Assembly: GCF_006345805.1 (NCBI RefSeq)
Contig: NC_043001.1
Span: 131,068,001 to 131,132,000 of the forward strand
Length of the DNA stretch: 64,000 nucleotides
Direction of reading: 5' to 3'
DNA from: Octopus sinensis
Taxonomy: Eukaryota
Shown here: positions 25,811 to 38,786 of the stretch, piece after piece
How positions within the stretch are numbered: position 1 is the first letter of the stretch
Layout of the letters: each line of letters begins with the position of its first letter
Made by a program: the position numbers and the translations under genes
Notes under the pieces: generated by a model
Databases searched by the model: none
Told to the model about the DNA's origin: nothing
The model's input: only the letters and a program-made list of their open reading frames with translations

Positions 25811-26090
25811 CGTTGCCAGCCTCGCCTGGCACCCGTGCCGGTGACACGTAAAAGCACCATCCGTTCGTGGCCGTTTTCCAGCTCTGTCTGGCACCTGTGC
25901 AGGTGGCACATAAAAATCACCCACTACACTCATGGAGTGGTTGGCGTTAGGAAGGGCATCCAGCCGTAGAAACACTGCCAGATCTGACTGGGCCTGATGA
26001 AGCCGTCCAGCTTCACAGACCCCAGTTGAACCATCCAACCCATGCTAGCATGGAAAGCGGATGCTAAATGATGATGATGATGATGATGAT
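25811..26090 (+). mobile_element. RTE-type 3' UTR fragment
   Basis: gtgccggtgacacgtaaaagcacc repeats, ggcgttaggaagggcatccagcc, then the ccaacccatgctagcatgg tail and (GAT)n. Confidence 0.7.
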
Positions 26091-26764
26091 GCGCATTCTC
26101 AGTGTTACAGAAGTATTGTATTCCCGAAAATTCTGCTATCTGTACTATAATAGAGAAAGCTGCTTATTAATTAGCTTCAATTATGTAACTTTTACTAAAA
26201 TAAAACAATCATTAAAGTCAACAGTGTCTCGAATATTCTTAAAAATTCCAATTTTAGTATATTTTTATCAAAAATATATTAAAATTTTCAAAAATCTTTC
26301 ATTATTGAAGATTTCAACTAATTTTAATTCACTCTTTAAAATCTTACATTGCATGTCAGTACTTTTTAATGTCTTATTCCATTCTTTCTTTCTTTCTTTC
26401 TTTCTATTTCTTTTTAGCTTACTACTACTATTTCAATTAGCCTTTCTCTTTCTTTATAACTTTTCATCACTCATTGCTATTCCTATCATAGTGTTTTGAA
26501 CATCTTTCTTTTTTCTTTCACTCTTCCTATCTCTTTTTTTCTTTACTCTGCATCCTTACGGCAACTCCTCTCTCACTCACAGCCTAGGTTTTTTGTCACT
26601 CACACTCTCTCTCTCAACTGTCCCTATTCAATTGTTTTCATTAAAAATAAGTAAATACAAAGATTTTCTTTGAGATACTTTGAGAATATTTGTGAAAAAT
26701 TTTCCACTATTATATTTATTTATTATATCAAAATTACATAGAAATTTCTGGGCTTTTTTTTTAG

Positions 26765-26864
26765 TTTCATTTCCTTTACACAAATGTGTAACCCATGGTA
26801 CTTTGAATAATGAAAGCTTTGGATTACTTTCTGTGCTCTTGGTGACTTTGTGCTTATTGTTAGG
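26765..26864 (+). CDS. Candidate 100-nt internal exon of an unidentified gene
   Basis: Strong acceptor (gcttttttttttag) and GTAAGG donor. The only open frame reads xSFPLHKCVTHGTLNNESFGLLSVLLVTLCLLLG. Confidence 0.35.
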
Positions 26865-28342
26865 GTAAGGTATTAATTTTATGTAACATACTGATGTATG
26901 TATAATGTACAATACATTATACATACTGTTCTTTTTATTTCCACATTAAAATTTTTTACTTCAACAAATACTAGCAGAAAAATGCCTGGAAAATGTTGTT
27001 TCTGCTAGAACTGGGAAATTTTGTAGCATGAAATGTATTGTCCATTGAATTCTATATGGGATGGCAGTTAGTAGAAAATTGGTCTTGCATTATGGAATTC
27101 CACATTACAGTATTATTTTCAGGAATACAGCATTTCCATATTGCTCTATTTTCTTGTACAAATTTGAAAAAAAACACTTCTCATATGATTTTTGGCTTCT
27201 TCAAGAATTTGATCCACATGAAAAATGTTTTCATACTCAGTCTAAAACTGGAATCTATGTATCAGTGTACCAACATTAGAAAAAAAAAAACAGAAATAAA
27301 ACAGAAAGAATCTTGGTTTTCTTTAAAGATGACCTTTCTTTTTATTTGTAATATATTTTATAAATATCTTATTTTATTTTCATTCCAGTTTATAAAGAAA
27401 CAAATTTGGTTGTAATACAGTAATCTCCAAGTTTGCATTAGCATACTAACAGGCTGGGGACTTTATATATAACTATGGTACACAAAAAAATCTTTCAAAG
27501 TTTAAAAGTAAAGAAATGGAAAACATTTGACAAATACATGTAGAAAACTTTGTAATACAGCTAATGTTTTGCAAACTGAAAATTCTTTCATTTGTGTCTC
27601 GGCTTCATCTATATCATCTTATTCATAAGCAAGTTACGGATTTAAACTTATAAGTTCTGTATCAATGAGGTCCTCATTATGCAAGTCATTCAACTCTGAC
27701 ACTGTAGACAAATTTCAGTGATTATCTTTTTGCTTACTATGACCCCTGTAACTTCTGTTTACAATAATTTATCATTGTCAATTAAATGTTATGAAGATTT
27801 TGTTTACAAAACAATCTTGTTTTTCCAACATTTCTTTCTTCAACAATTGTTCTTGAATAATAGGATATTTGGCTGCTGTTTTATCAAACTGCTCTACACA
27901 TTCCTCTACAACCCAATGTTATGGATTCCAGAGCATTACATAAATTCATCAAACCTTCAAGAAAATGTTTTAGTTTCATTTTCTTTAGACTGCTGCTAAA
28001 CTGAATAACATTGAATTCTTATAAGCAGTACTCACTTTTTGATATCAAACTATCAAATACATAAAAATCAATTTCAAAGCAAAGTAATTTCAGAGTTTGG
28101 TAATGAATGTAGTTGTATGATATATATAGGTCTTTATGAACTTCAATGCAACAACCAAAGTGTGGTTTCAAGTTGAAAGATTTTCAGCAAAATATAAAAT
28201 GACATCAGTCTCATCATGATTAGTGATAGTTTCTAAAATGTTGCCCTTCATCCCTTTTCAATTCACCCAGCTATTGTTACTTACCTTTTTTTCAGCTCAG
28301 CAACTGTACTCTTTCCTTCCTTATGTTCACAACAAATAACAG

Positions 28343-28394
28343 AAATATTAATTCATTTCTAAAATTGTACTTATATAGTGTTCCACCCACCTCA
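28343..28394 (+). CDS. Candidate 52-nt exon, phase-compatible with 26765-26864
   Basis: Pyrimidine tract then aacag acceptor and GTAAGT donor. Reads NINSFLKLYLYSVPPTS. Confidence 0.2.
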
Positions 28395-29409
28395 GTAAGT
28401 GAAGCTTTAAATGAACTACACAAATATCATTGAAACCTACTCTCTTCCACTTCAACAAAGTGTATAGAAGGTTGGTATTCAACTAATCCTTCCTACTTTT
28501 GCCCTTCCTGTTCTATCATTTTTAATAATTTAATATTCTTGTAAAATTTAGCATTAAATGCCATAGTATTTTTCATTATGAGCTATCATCACAAACCTTC
28601 TGTTATGGAAAGAATAAAAATACAAAGGTTCCAAACCAAAAAAAGGAATTACAATTGGATTAAGTATGATAAAAGTATACTGATGATTCTTACAAGAGAC
28701 TTTCCAGAGAATATTTTAGCACAACTCAAAATAGTCATAAAAGCAAATGTAAAAGTACAAATTTCAAAAAATAATTCAAAAAGGTAAAAAAAAATTTTCA
28801 AATAAAATATTTGATTTATCTAAATCAAATATCATTTATTCTAGTGGAATAACGATCTATTCCTGAATAAATGTTAAATTATGCTACCAAACTGACATGT
28901 TAGTATTTAAGATTTATTCATAAAATTTCAAGTTTTATGAAATTAATTTCTGTATTGATGTTTTACTGATTCAAAAGTATCCATGGAGAACTTTTAAGAA
29001 AATAATAGGACAAAGATAGGAGAAAAATAAATTGTAAGGTATTGTTTTGTAACCTAATATTACATACATTAACATGCTTACACGCACAAACATACATATA
29101 TACACACATACACATATGCAAATGTAAATTTGAAATTTCCAAATAAATTTAATTTATTTTAGTATTTTTAATACAATTAAAATGTTGAAGAAAATTTTAT
29201 TTCACTAAAGTGCTTCAACCCTTCATGGAAAGTACTTGCATACAAATGTAATTTCATAATTGGAAATGTGTAAGTCCAACTGAGATAATTGATTGTGCCA
29301 TTATGACATTAGAGAGAAAAGGATTAAATTAGCAAAGTGATCTGAGGAAAATGAGGTATGATTAAGATTACTATAACTGCAAGATGTTAAAACAAGTTAG
29401 CAATCTGAG

Positions 29410-29448
<39 letters not shown>

Positions 29449-30164
29449 TAAGAAAAGGAAAATTATAATGTGATTTTCACAACTGACTTATAAGTGTCTC
29501 ATTTCATAGATGGATTTACTGAAGGTGGAAAAATCTTGAGATAAGCTATTTTGTGAGTTTATTTAAATGATAAGAGTTTAGAAGAAAAAGATTAAAAAAA
29601 CAAAATAAAACCATTAAACTCATCATGAAACCATTATTTTTTCATTTTATTTAAATTTTTTTAAACCAGATGTGTGGTCTAATTGTTTTGAGTTCTCAGA
29701 TTTTTAATACTTTTGGAAAGATAACATTGATTAGCTTTAACTTTAGGGGATTAATCAGTATGCAGATAAAGCACAATGAGCCAATGAGGAGACCTTTATG
29801 AGGTAGTTGATTTCCTGAAAAAATGATAGCCAAATTTCTATCAAATCATATATACCATTAAAAAGCCTGAAGGACATATTGGATAATGTAGTCTGAGATA
29901 AGCAATGCCAGGAAAGACAGGGTAGGCACATCTGAGATGCCTTTGATTATGGGTCTGCTCATTTAGGATTGACTCAGGGCTAAAGGAAAACAGTATAAAA
30001 CAAAATGCGTTGACTCTAGTTTCAAAAGAGGGTTCAAGAGGTGACAAGCTAGCAGTCATCAGAACATAGCTCAAAATACTTTGTAGTATTTGTTCCAGCT
30101 CAGTGCTCTGCATTCACATCCCATGAAAGACAACTTTACATTTCATCTTTGCTAGGTTGATAAA

Positions 30165-30398
30165 ATATATTTCTTTACTACCCACAAGGGGATAAACACT
30201 GAGGGAACAAACAAGGACAGACAAAAGGATTAAGTCGATTACATCGACCCCAGTGCATAACTGGTACTTAATTTATTGACCCCAAAAGGATGAAAGGTAA
30301 AGTCGACCTCGGCGGAATTTGAACTCAGAACGTAACGGCAGACAAAATACCACAAAGCATTTCGCCCGGTGTGCTAACGTTTCTGCCAGCTTGCCGCC
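30165..30398 (-). mobile_element. SINE family B
   Basis: Full reverse-complement copy. Confidence 0.85.
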
Positions 30399-31817
30399 TA
30401 GGTTGATAAAATAAGAACCAGGCAAGATCAGTAAATTAACAGAATTGGTTAGAGTATCACACAAGATGTCTTGAAACATTTTCTCCATCTTTGTTCTGGT
30501 ATTCTAAGTACTTGTGAGGCAGACTTAAACCACCACCAATTTAACAGCACCACTTAGTCCTTGGGTACCTTCAGTGATGGTCATTCTCTTGCAAGCATTC
30601 AGACTAGAGTTCTGATTTGAGAATAATTTAATTTCTGCCTCACAAGTCTGGAGGCCCTGAAAAAATAAATATCAGAGGTGCTGCTCTCTTATCCCAGACC
30701 AAAAAAAAAAAAAAAATTGTTATGCAGGACACAGAATCAAATGTTTCAGGCCCTTGTTCTTTGTCTGTAGGACATAAGAATTGATTTTATTATATGAGAA
30801 CAATTTATTGAAAACTCCTACCAGTAAATTAGTAAATTGTAACTGACATGAGATTGTTACTAGATATCTTGGTTTCCAAATTGTATTTTAGTTTCCTAGT
30901 CTTAATTCAATGTCTGTTTTATGTCATGTTTATCTGTAGGAGATCAAAACTCATCACATTTTAAATGATATACATATATTGAAGAAATCTGGGTTACCTA
31001 ATTAAATGGCTTTTTCATGTTTTTTTATTTTTTTCAATGGTTTTAAAGTTTTAGCTGTATAGTCAAGCCCTACAGAGTTAAAAGTTTATTTTACATGTTA
31101 AATATTGTAAACTTATTGCTTCTGCCTTATTCATTTTCATAATAAATACTATAATATTGTTTACTGAAATATCACCAATGTTATTAGTGGTGTTATGATT
31201 ATCAATTTACTTCAATAAACATCAAATTTTTAAATACACTAAAATCTGATTTTCTGATTATTCTTTGTGAAAATACTGACAGAATGTGTTTCATGTCCAT
31301 GTTCCTTATTTACCACATTGGTACAACGAATATTAGCAGTTTGCAGATGTTATCCAATTGCAAAATAAATACAACTTGAATCTATTTTATAGCCTTTATA
31401 TAAAACATTTCTTCTCCAGAGCAAATAAAAACACTTAATACCTAAGCATATGTCTGAATTCTATGATACACATGTTCAACATCTTAAACAGTAAACTGAT
31501 AGACAGATGGCAATAGAACAGGAGCTCTAGACACTAAATACTGATGGAAATTCATTGACATAAACTTTGATGTTCTACAATTTTACAGTTGATATGAACT
31601 GGCACAAGCAGTTTTCGTTGCAGTGGTGAATATGATGCAGAAACAAAGATTATAAATAAAGCAACAATAGAATCACAATAGAACTGAACCCAAAATCACA
31701 TAGCTTGGAAACAAATTTCTTAATCACACAGCCAGGTGTATTTTAATTAATTCATTTATTGTTGCTTATAAGCTTGACTTGTAATTGAAATTTGTCACAT
31801 ATTTGTAAGCATGAATA

Positions 31818-32217
31818 GGCATAGGAGTGGCTGTGTGGGAAGTAGCTTGCTTATGAACCACATGGTTCCGAGTTTAGTCCCACTGCATTGAACCTTGGGC
31901 AAGTGTCTTCTACTATAGCCTCGGGCCAACCAAAGCTTTGTGAGTGGATTTGGTAGACAGAAACTGAAAGCCTATCATATATATGTATATATATATATAT
32001 GTGTGTATATGTTTGTGTCCGTGTTTGTCCCATCAATATCACTTGACAACCGATGCTGTTGTGTTTACATCCCCATAACTTAGTGGTTCGGCAAAAGAGA
32101 CCGATAGAATAAGTACTAGGCTTACAAAGAATAAGTCCTGGGGTCGATTTGCTCGACTAAAGGCGGTGCTCCAGCATGGTCGCAGTCAAATGACTGAAAC
32201 GAGCAAAAGAGTAAAAG
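31818..32217 (+). mobile_element. SINE family A
   Basis: Full copy. Confidence 0.9.
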
Positions 32218-32324
32218 CGTGCACATCAATGTGTATGTGTAGATGGAGTAAAACAATATGAAATAAGGTTTTTCTTATTTTATTTTCTCTTTATGGTTCC
32301 TCAATTACTTATATCCAGCAACAA

Positions 32325-32960
32325 ACATATACTTGATGTCTAGCATCTCTTCAAGCTACCTGATATTTTTTCTTGCCCTCCTCTTACTACCAAAATTTCC
32401 AAGAATATCTCTTAACTTGTTTACAATTTCTGATTGTTTCTATCATCTGTTGTCTACTATATCATCATTCGTTCACCCCCACCGATATCATCCGACAGTT
32501 CATAGCAAGTTGCCATGTAGAAACTCCCTAAGTTATTCCCTATGTTATAGGTTTCTGTTTCCTCTTCCTCTTTCTTAGCATATACATCACTTAGAACTTC
32601 TCTGAACTTTTATGTAGTAGAATGATCTTTCTATGCCTTCCTTCTGCAGTTTATCTTGTGTCTATTAACCCATCTAGTTTTTATTCTAATGTCACTAATC
32701 ACTAGTCTCAGTTCAGTGGTATATTTCTCACACCAAAGTGCTTTATATATATGTAGTCAGATGGTTCCTTCTACCCAACCCATGACTGTACACAGCACTA
32801 ACATGGTAAGTATTAGTCTCGAAAACTCACTAGGGGATTTTCATTGTATTTGTGACCATCACAAATTTATAGGTTACATACCCTTCCTACTTCATAGCAT
32901 GAACTGGTTTCATTTTATTATACCAGAAGCACTGGTTACATTTTCTGTCAGGACCAAAGT
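32325..32960 (-). mobile_element. Highly decayed RTE LINE (endonuclease end and linker)
   Basis: Minus-frame remnants LRLVISDIRIK, KFREVL and GKKKYQVA*RDARHQVY resemble RTE ORF motifs. Confidence 0.55.
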
Positions 32961-35174
32961 ATTTTCTCTACACTTTGTCACTTTAATTCAGAATTTCTGC
33001 TGTCTCTAACAGTACATTCATTGTGGTTTGAGAAACCAATTACTATAGAATATCTATTTTGAATTTTGGATTTAAAATGTTGATGTTTGTGTTGGGGAAA
33101 CTTAAACCATACACTTATATGCAAGTTACATTTGCTATGTATAGTTTTTAACTTTTAATTACACATATTTGCAAGTCTTGGTTCTTAGCTTATCAGTCTT
33201 GAAGGAAGGAAGATTAAGTGAAGCTTAGCATGACTTAAACTTTGATTTGTAAATCATTGAACCACTCAAATAGTAATCATGTGTAATCCACATATCTACC
33301 AATAAATTATCATAATGATCACACCACTAAATGATAATGATGTTGATGATGATAACCATGATGCTGATAATGACAGTGATAGTAATGAAGAGAATTTATC
33401 GGTAAAACTGTAATGTTTTTTAAACTCATAACCACCATCATGTTGATCAATATCGCTACTGCTCCATGATATCCCTTTTTAAATGTATCTGTGCATTATA
33501 TAGACCTAAAGGTAAGTCCTATGCATCAGTATATTCTTTAATTTATCAATAGAATAGGAAGATTTCATTGGGTTTTATTGGAATTATTCAATATTAGTTT
33601 CCAGATATTCTCCTTATGACATTCTTTCTAAGATAAAAACAAAAAACAAACACAAATCATAAACACAGGCTTGTACACACACACACACACTCACCCCCTA
33701 CACACACAAACAGTTGTTTAAGAACAAGAGAAAAATCCAAGAATGCAAACTCTCTTCAAATTATATTTGTTCTTTATAATGTACTGTAATACTACTTGTA
33801 ACTTGGAGGAAAGAATGAAAACCATTCCGTGTAAAAGCTATTCTGATATTTTCAGATCTTTTGTTTCTACCCTTTATTCAAATGAATTGAAATTGTTCGG
33901 AAATGGCACTGATAAAATTTTTATTCTCTTTTCCTAATGTTTCTGTTGATTTTCGCGCCAGTATTTTTAGCTTCAATCATTATTCCCTAGGCTGGCTTTT
34001 ATGAAAATTTACCAATAAGTTGGAGGTAATATATATATATTTTTTTTTATGTAATTACATGGTTAATTTCCAGATACTTCTGGAAATCTACAGGAGACGC
34101 GATGTTGTGAATTAATGAAAATAAATGGTTTATGAGAGGAGTGAGTAATCACAAAAAACAGTGATTAAACCTAACATTATTGTCACCATTATTGGCTCGT
34201 AACAATAAATTAAAAATTTTTTTCTTCATTATCTTAGATATTTAAAACATTATACCTTAGAATAAATAACTTGTTTCTCTTTTACTAAAGTTCCTTCACT
34301 GTGGGTTATCAGCAACTACCACGGTAGACTACATTACCATAAACTAGATCTTCAAAATATCATTTTTAACTTATGATTTAAAAAAAAAAAATCTAATCTT
34401 TTATAATTTTTATTGGAATTTTACAGAGAATTCGAAGTGTTTTTATAATTGTTGCTTAGAATATTAGTTGTGAAGGGGAATTTTGAAGTTTATTGCATAT
34501 AGGTTACTTTATCATGCTCATTGGTTCTCATTAACATCCTCATTTATCATGCATGTACACTGTCTTCATCACTGTTTTTCATGTCATATTTCCAAGTACA
34601 TTTATAATAGTTGGTTCTTTAAACCATGATAAATGTTATATCTAAATAAATAAAAAAGTGTTAACTTCAAACTGCTTTCAGTTTCTTTTAAGAAATTTCA
34701 TTTTCTCTCTCCTATTTCATTTGACATGATATACATAATTAACTAGTCTGTTTCCTGTACAAATCAGAATTGGCTGAAGTAAAATACTATTTCTTCAAAT
34801 TATGTGCATATGGATACATGTACACAATTGTATACATGTGCATATATTCTGTGTATGTATATATAATTATACAAGTATACATGATTATGTACTTGTATAA
34901 TTTTATATATATGTGTCTATATATATTTATATATGTACACTTATGCACCTGTATGTATATGTGTGTGTGTATAATCACCAAGAATATGGAGACTAGTACA
35001 TCTTCAATCTTTTCTTTCATTTTAACAGTTAATTATACAGTATAATTAGTTACAATGACTGACATGTGTTTCTGCTACATAGAGTATGTGCAGTTGTGTA
35101 TGCAACCTGCAATATTCTGCGAGGCAGGTTTCCACAAGCATGATGTGTGTGTGTCTGCATGCACATGCGCATGT

Positions 35175-35516
35175 GTGAAGGCACATGTCTCAGTGGTTGG
35201 GGGGCACTGGGCTCACAATCATGAGGTTGTGAGTTTGATTCCTGGACTGGGCTACGTGTTGTGTACTTGAGCAAGACACTTTATTTCACATTGCCTCAGT
35301 TCACTCAGTTGTAGAAATGAGTTGTGATGTCACAGGTGGCGAGTTGTATTAGCCTTTGCCTTTCTCTTGCATAACACCGGTGGTGTGGAGAGTGGAGGCT
35401 GGTAAGCATGGGCAACTCTGGTCTACTATAAACAACCTAGCCCAGACTTGTGACTTGGAGTTTAACTTTTTAGGTGCAGTCCCATGATCATTCATGACCG
35501 AAGGGGGTCATAACCT
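35175..35516 (+). mobile_element. SINE family C
   Basis: gtgaaggcacatgtctcagtggtt...gtgagtttgattcc...gaagggggtca. Confidence 0.8.
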
Positions 35517-35522
35517 TTTTAC

Positions 35523-35557
<35 letters not shown>

Positions 35558-35599
35558 TAAATAAATGGAGTCTAACGCAGGTGTAAATCAAATACTTTT

Positions 35600-35671
35600 A
35601 CTTTCGACACATGTTTCGAAAATTCCACTGAATAAATGGTATAAACAATGCAATCTTCTCTTCAGGAAAGT
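35600..35671 (-). ncRNA. Minimal type I hammerhead ribozyme (Penelope-like terminus)
   Basis: Minus strand reads ACTTTC-CTGAAGA-GAAGATT-(27 nt)-AATTTTC-GAAA-CATGTG-TC-GAAAGT. Stem I is 6 bp, stem II is 7 bp with one G-U, GUC site between 35606 and 35605. Confidence 0.8.
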
Positions 35672-35790
35672 GAAAAAAACAAAACTCGTCAATAAGACAT
35701 TTTAGCAAACAATTATGGATTTGTATAGCGATTGACTGAATGCTATTAATATTGTTTAAAAAAAACGTTAACAAGGTAAAAATACACTCA

Positions 35791-35824
<34 letters not shown>

Positions 35825-36546
35825 GGAAATGAATAATTATTTGGAGACAAGTGGTATTTGAACAACAAATGTGAGTAGGGCTATAATAAATAACATACAA
35901 GATATACAAAATTATCTGTTTCTAGCAATAGTAAACCAATCAGACTTTTGTAGATATTTAGAGATTGCACACCTGTAGAATAAATAATACCTGTGATCAC
36001 TAAAATTAACTTAACTAACTGAATTACCAGTCTATATTGTGTTTTACAAACAATAACACACCATACCTTACATTTTTGTAGACATTACAAGATTCTACAA
36101 TGTTTCTTTTTTTATCTACATTGTGTGTAACAGCCAATGACAGAAGTAGAAATGAAAGTGTCACATGATTTAAGAGTACATGATATCTTGTTATAGCATG
36201 TTAAAAGTTTTCAGTTGTTGACTACTGAACAAGAAAATTAATAAGAAATTACAGCAGTAGGCATTTTATCCTATTTTCAAAATTTGCTTTTTTTTTTTCT
36301 TTTGCAATTATAAGGAATTGCTGTTTTATTAACAATTAAAAAATCTCAACAGGTTTATAAACCATCTTCAAACAAGCACATCATATTTACCATATTATCA
36401 AGTGAAAAGAATGTCAATCAGGTGTATGTGTAAAATCTTCTTAATTACTTGTTTCATGAAGCTACACAATGGAACAAACTGAAAAAGAGCAGCAACAAAG
36501 TCTGTATATCATGTTTTCTGATATTACATGTGGTGGCAAAGGTACG

Positions 36547-37453
36547 CAGGGTATTCTGGGCTAAATTTAATAGTCTGCATAAAAGGAAAAGAAAACCCAG
36601 TATCCCATCCAAAAAAGAAAGTATTTGAAAAGAAAATTTTCTTATATCAACTAGATTATGGCTGGGAGATAGTAGCTTACTCAAAAGTAGCCTTCCTCAG
36701 CTCCCACCACAGTTTTAAGTTGACTCCAGAACATGGTGCATTTGTTCCTCACTATATCCCAGGGAAGATCTTTGAACACCTCCTTGATCTTAGCCTCCAG
36801 CTCAGCCTTGGCATTTCAGGCAGAGCAACTGGTGTCTTTCTCAACCATGAACCACACATAGTAATCCGTGGAATTACAATCAAGTCGAATTAGAAAGTCA
36901 GAAATTGGAGCTGGTGAAGTCAGAGAAATTCTCTGGCAATCACTTCTGACTCTCTGCAGGTATGGCAAGGATCTGAATGCTGCTGCTGCTATACATACAG
37001 CCTTCCAGCAGAAACTCTTTCAGCCAGGGTTTGACCACAGTTTCAAGCAGCTTCACATAGCCATCTGAATTGAGCCTGAGGCCCTGCTCAAAATTTGGCG
37101 ATGAATTCTAATATGTGGATACAATCAGAACACCTGCAGTGTCCCTTCCTGTTAGCCATGGCTTTGTAGTCTCTGTTGCAGCTGTTCAAGTCATATCATA
37201 CAGCCTTTCTAGTGTTCACATAGCACTATGCAACAGTTGTGATGGTGGCATTTTGATACCTGGCACACATCACCATGATACAGGTAACTCTTTTCCAATA
37301 TTTTTTTTTCCAATCCTCCATTCCATGTCAACTAACTTTTTCTCAACTGCAACTTAAATCTTTATGTTCTCCAATGACTGTTCATCAATACATCAAGCTT
37401 TTCTTGAAAAAAGGGAGACATTAAAAATCATCAAATTTAGCCCAAACACCTTG
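36547..37453 (-). mobile_element. Internally deleted Tc1/mariner element, maT (DD37D) type, with both TIRs
   Basis: TIRs cagggtattctgggctaaattt and aaatttagcccaaacaccttg|ta. Frameshifted transposase reads EQGLRLNSDGYVKLLETVVKPW...QQHSDPCHT...DCNSTDYYVW...AELEAKIKEVF, with 37 residues between the last two catalytic positions after correcting two frameshifts. Confidence 0.85.
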
Positions 37454-37454
37454 T

Positions 37455-37870
37455 ATCTCTCTCACACCACCAATTGGCAACCAGTGCTGGTTTGTTTATG
37501 TTCCCGTAACTTAGTAGTTTAGAAAAGAGTCTGACAGAATAAGTACCAGGCTTACAATAAAATAAGTACTGGAGTTGATTTGTTTGACCAAACCCTTCAT
37601 GGACATACCCCAGCATGGTCACAATCCTATGATTGAAACAAGTAAAAGATGAAAGATAATGAATTTTCATCAATTCCTATGATAAGTGAAGGCATGGCTG
37701 TGTGGTTAACAAGTATGCTTCACAACCTCATGGTTTTGGGTGCCTTCCCACTGCATAGCACTATGGGCAAATATTGTCTACTGTAGCCCCAGGCCAATCA
37801 TAGTCTTGTGAGTGGATATGGCTGAAAGAAACTGAAAAAATCTCAGTATATGTATATGCATGCATTTGTG
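37455..37870. mobile_element. Decayed SINE A halves (minus 3' half, plus 5' half)
   Basis: Similarity to family A. Confidence 0.65.
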
Positions 37871-37911
37871 TGTTTGGGGGAGTAAGAATGAGAAAGCATA
37901 TTATATACTTG

Positions 37912-38140
37912 TAAGGCGGCGAGCTGGCGGAACCGTTAGCATGCCAGGCGAAATGCGTAGCCGTATTTCGTCTGCCGTTACGTTCTGAGTTCAAATTCCG
38001 CCGAGGTCGACTTTGCCTTTCATCCTTTCGGGGTCGATAAATTAAGTACCAGTTATGCACTGGGATCGATGTAATCGATTTAATCTGTTTGTCTGTCCTT
38101 GTTTATCTTCTCTGTGTTTAGCCCCTTGTGGGTAGTTAAG
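37912..38140 (+). mobile_element. SINE family B
   Basis: Full copy. Confidence 0.85.
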
Positions 38141-38395
38141 AAAAAAAAAACATATTATATACTTATTGTAAACACACACCATCATCATACAAGATGTGTT
38201 GTGTAATATCCTGTGAAAATGTGTCTCGCCATTATGCTGTTTGGCGTTTGAAGGACTAAATTAAATAATTACTTGGAGGTGAAGTTTGACAAGTAGAATA
38301 GCAACTGGCAGTAGGAAAGCTGCATGAACAAATTCATCTAACCCATGCTAAATGTATGTATGTATATGTATGTATTGGCAAAAGTGTAGATATAC

Positions 38396-38786
38396 TCTTT
38401 TACTTTTTTACTTGTTTCAGTCATTTGACTGCGGCCATGCTGGCGCACCGCCTTTAATTGAGCAACTCGACCACAGGACTTATTCTTTTTGTAAGCCCAG
38501 TACTTATTCTATCGGTCTCTTTTGCCGAACCGCTAAGTAACGGGGACATAAACACACCAACATCGCTTGTCAAGCAATGCTAGGGGGACAAACACACGCG
38601 CATATATATATATACATATATACGACGGGCTTCTTTTCAGTTTCCGTCTACCAAATCCACTCACAAGGCTTTGGTCGGCCCAAGGCTATAGTAGAAGACA
38701 CTTGCCCAAGGTGGCACGCAGTGGGACTGAACCCAGAACCATGCGGTTGGTAAACAAGCTACTTACCACGCAGCCACTCCTGCGCC
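38396..38786 (-). mobile_element. SINE family A
   Basis: Full reverse-complement copy. Confidence 0.9.

Noticed and set aside
25990-26010. CTGATGAAGCC here and at 41410 as hammerhead cores
   Set aside because: No downstream stem II closure with GAAA; part of the RTE-type 3' UTR.
28285-28319. Minus-strand 35-nt exon (EGKSTVAELKK) and 43541-43581 (VQKGINGLLKFKR)
   Set aside because: Isolated, cannot be linked in a consistent model, and overlaps a competing + strand candidate.
31420-31490. Exon-like segment (...HLIPKHMSEFYDTHVQHLK)
   Set aside because: All frames from the acceptor hit stops; it would need an unsupported homopolymer indel.
33325-33401. Acidic NDNDVDDDNHDADNDSDSNEE frame with a GTAAAA donor
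   Set aside because: Decayed (GAT)n microsatellite with no acceptor.
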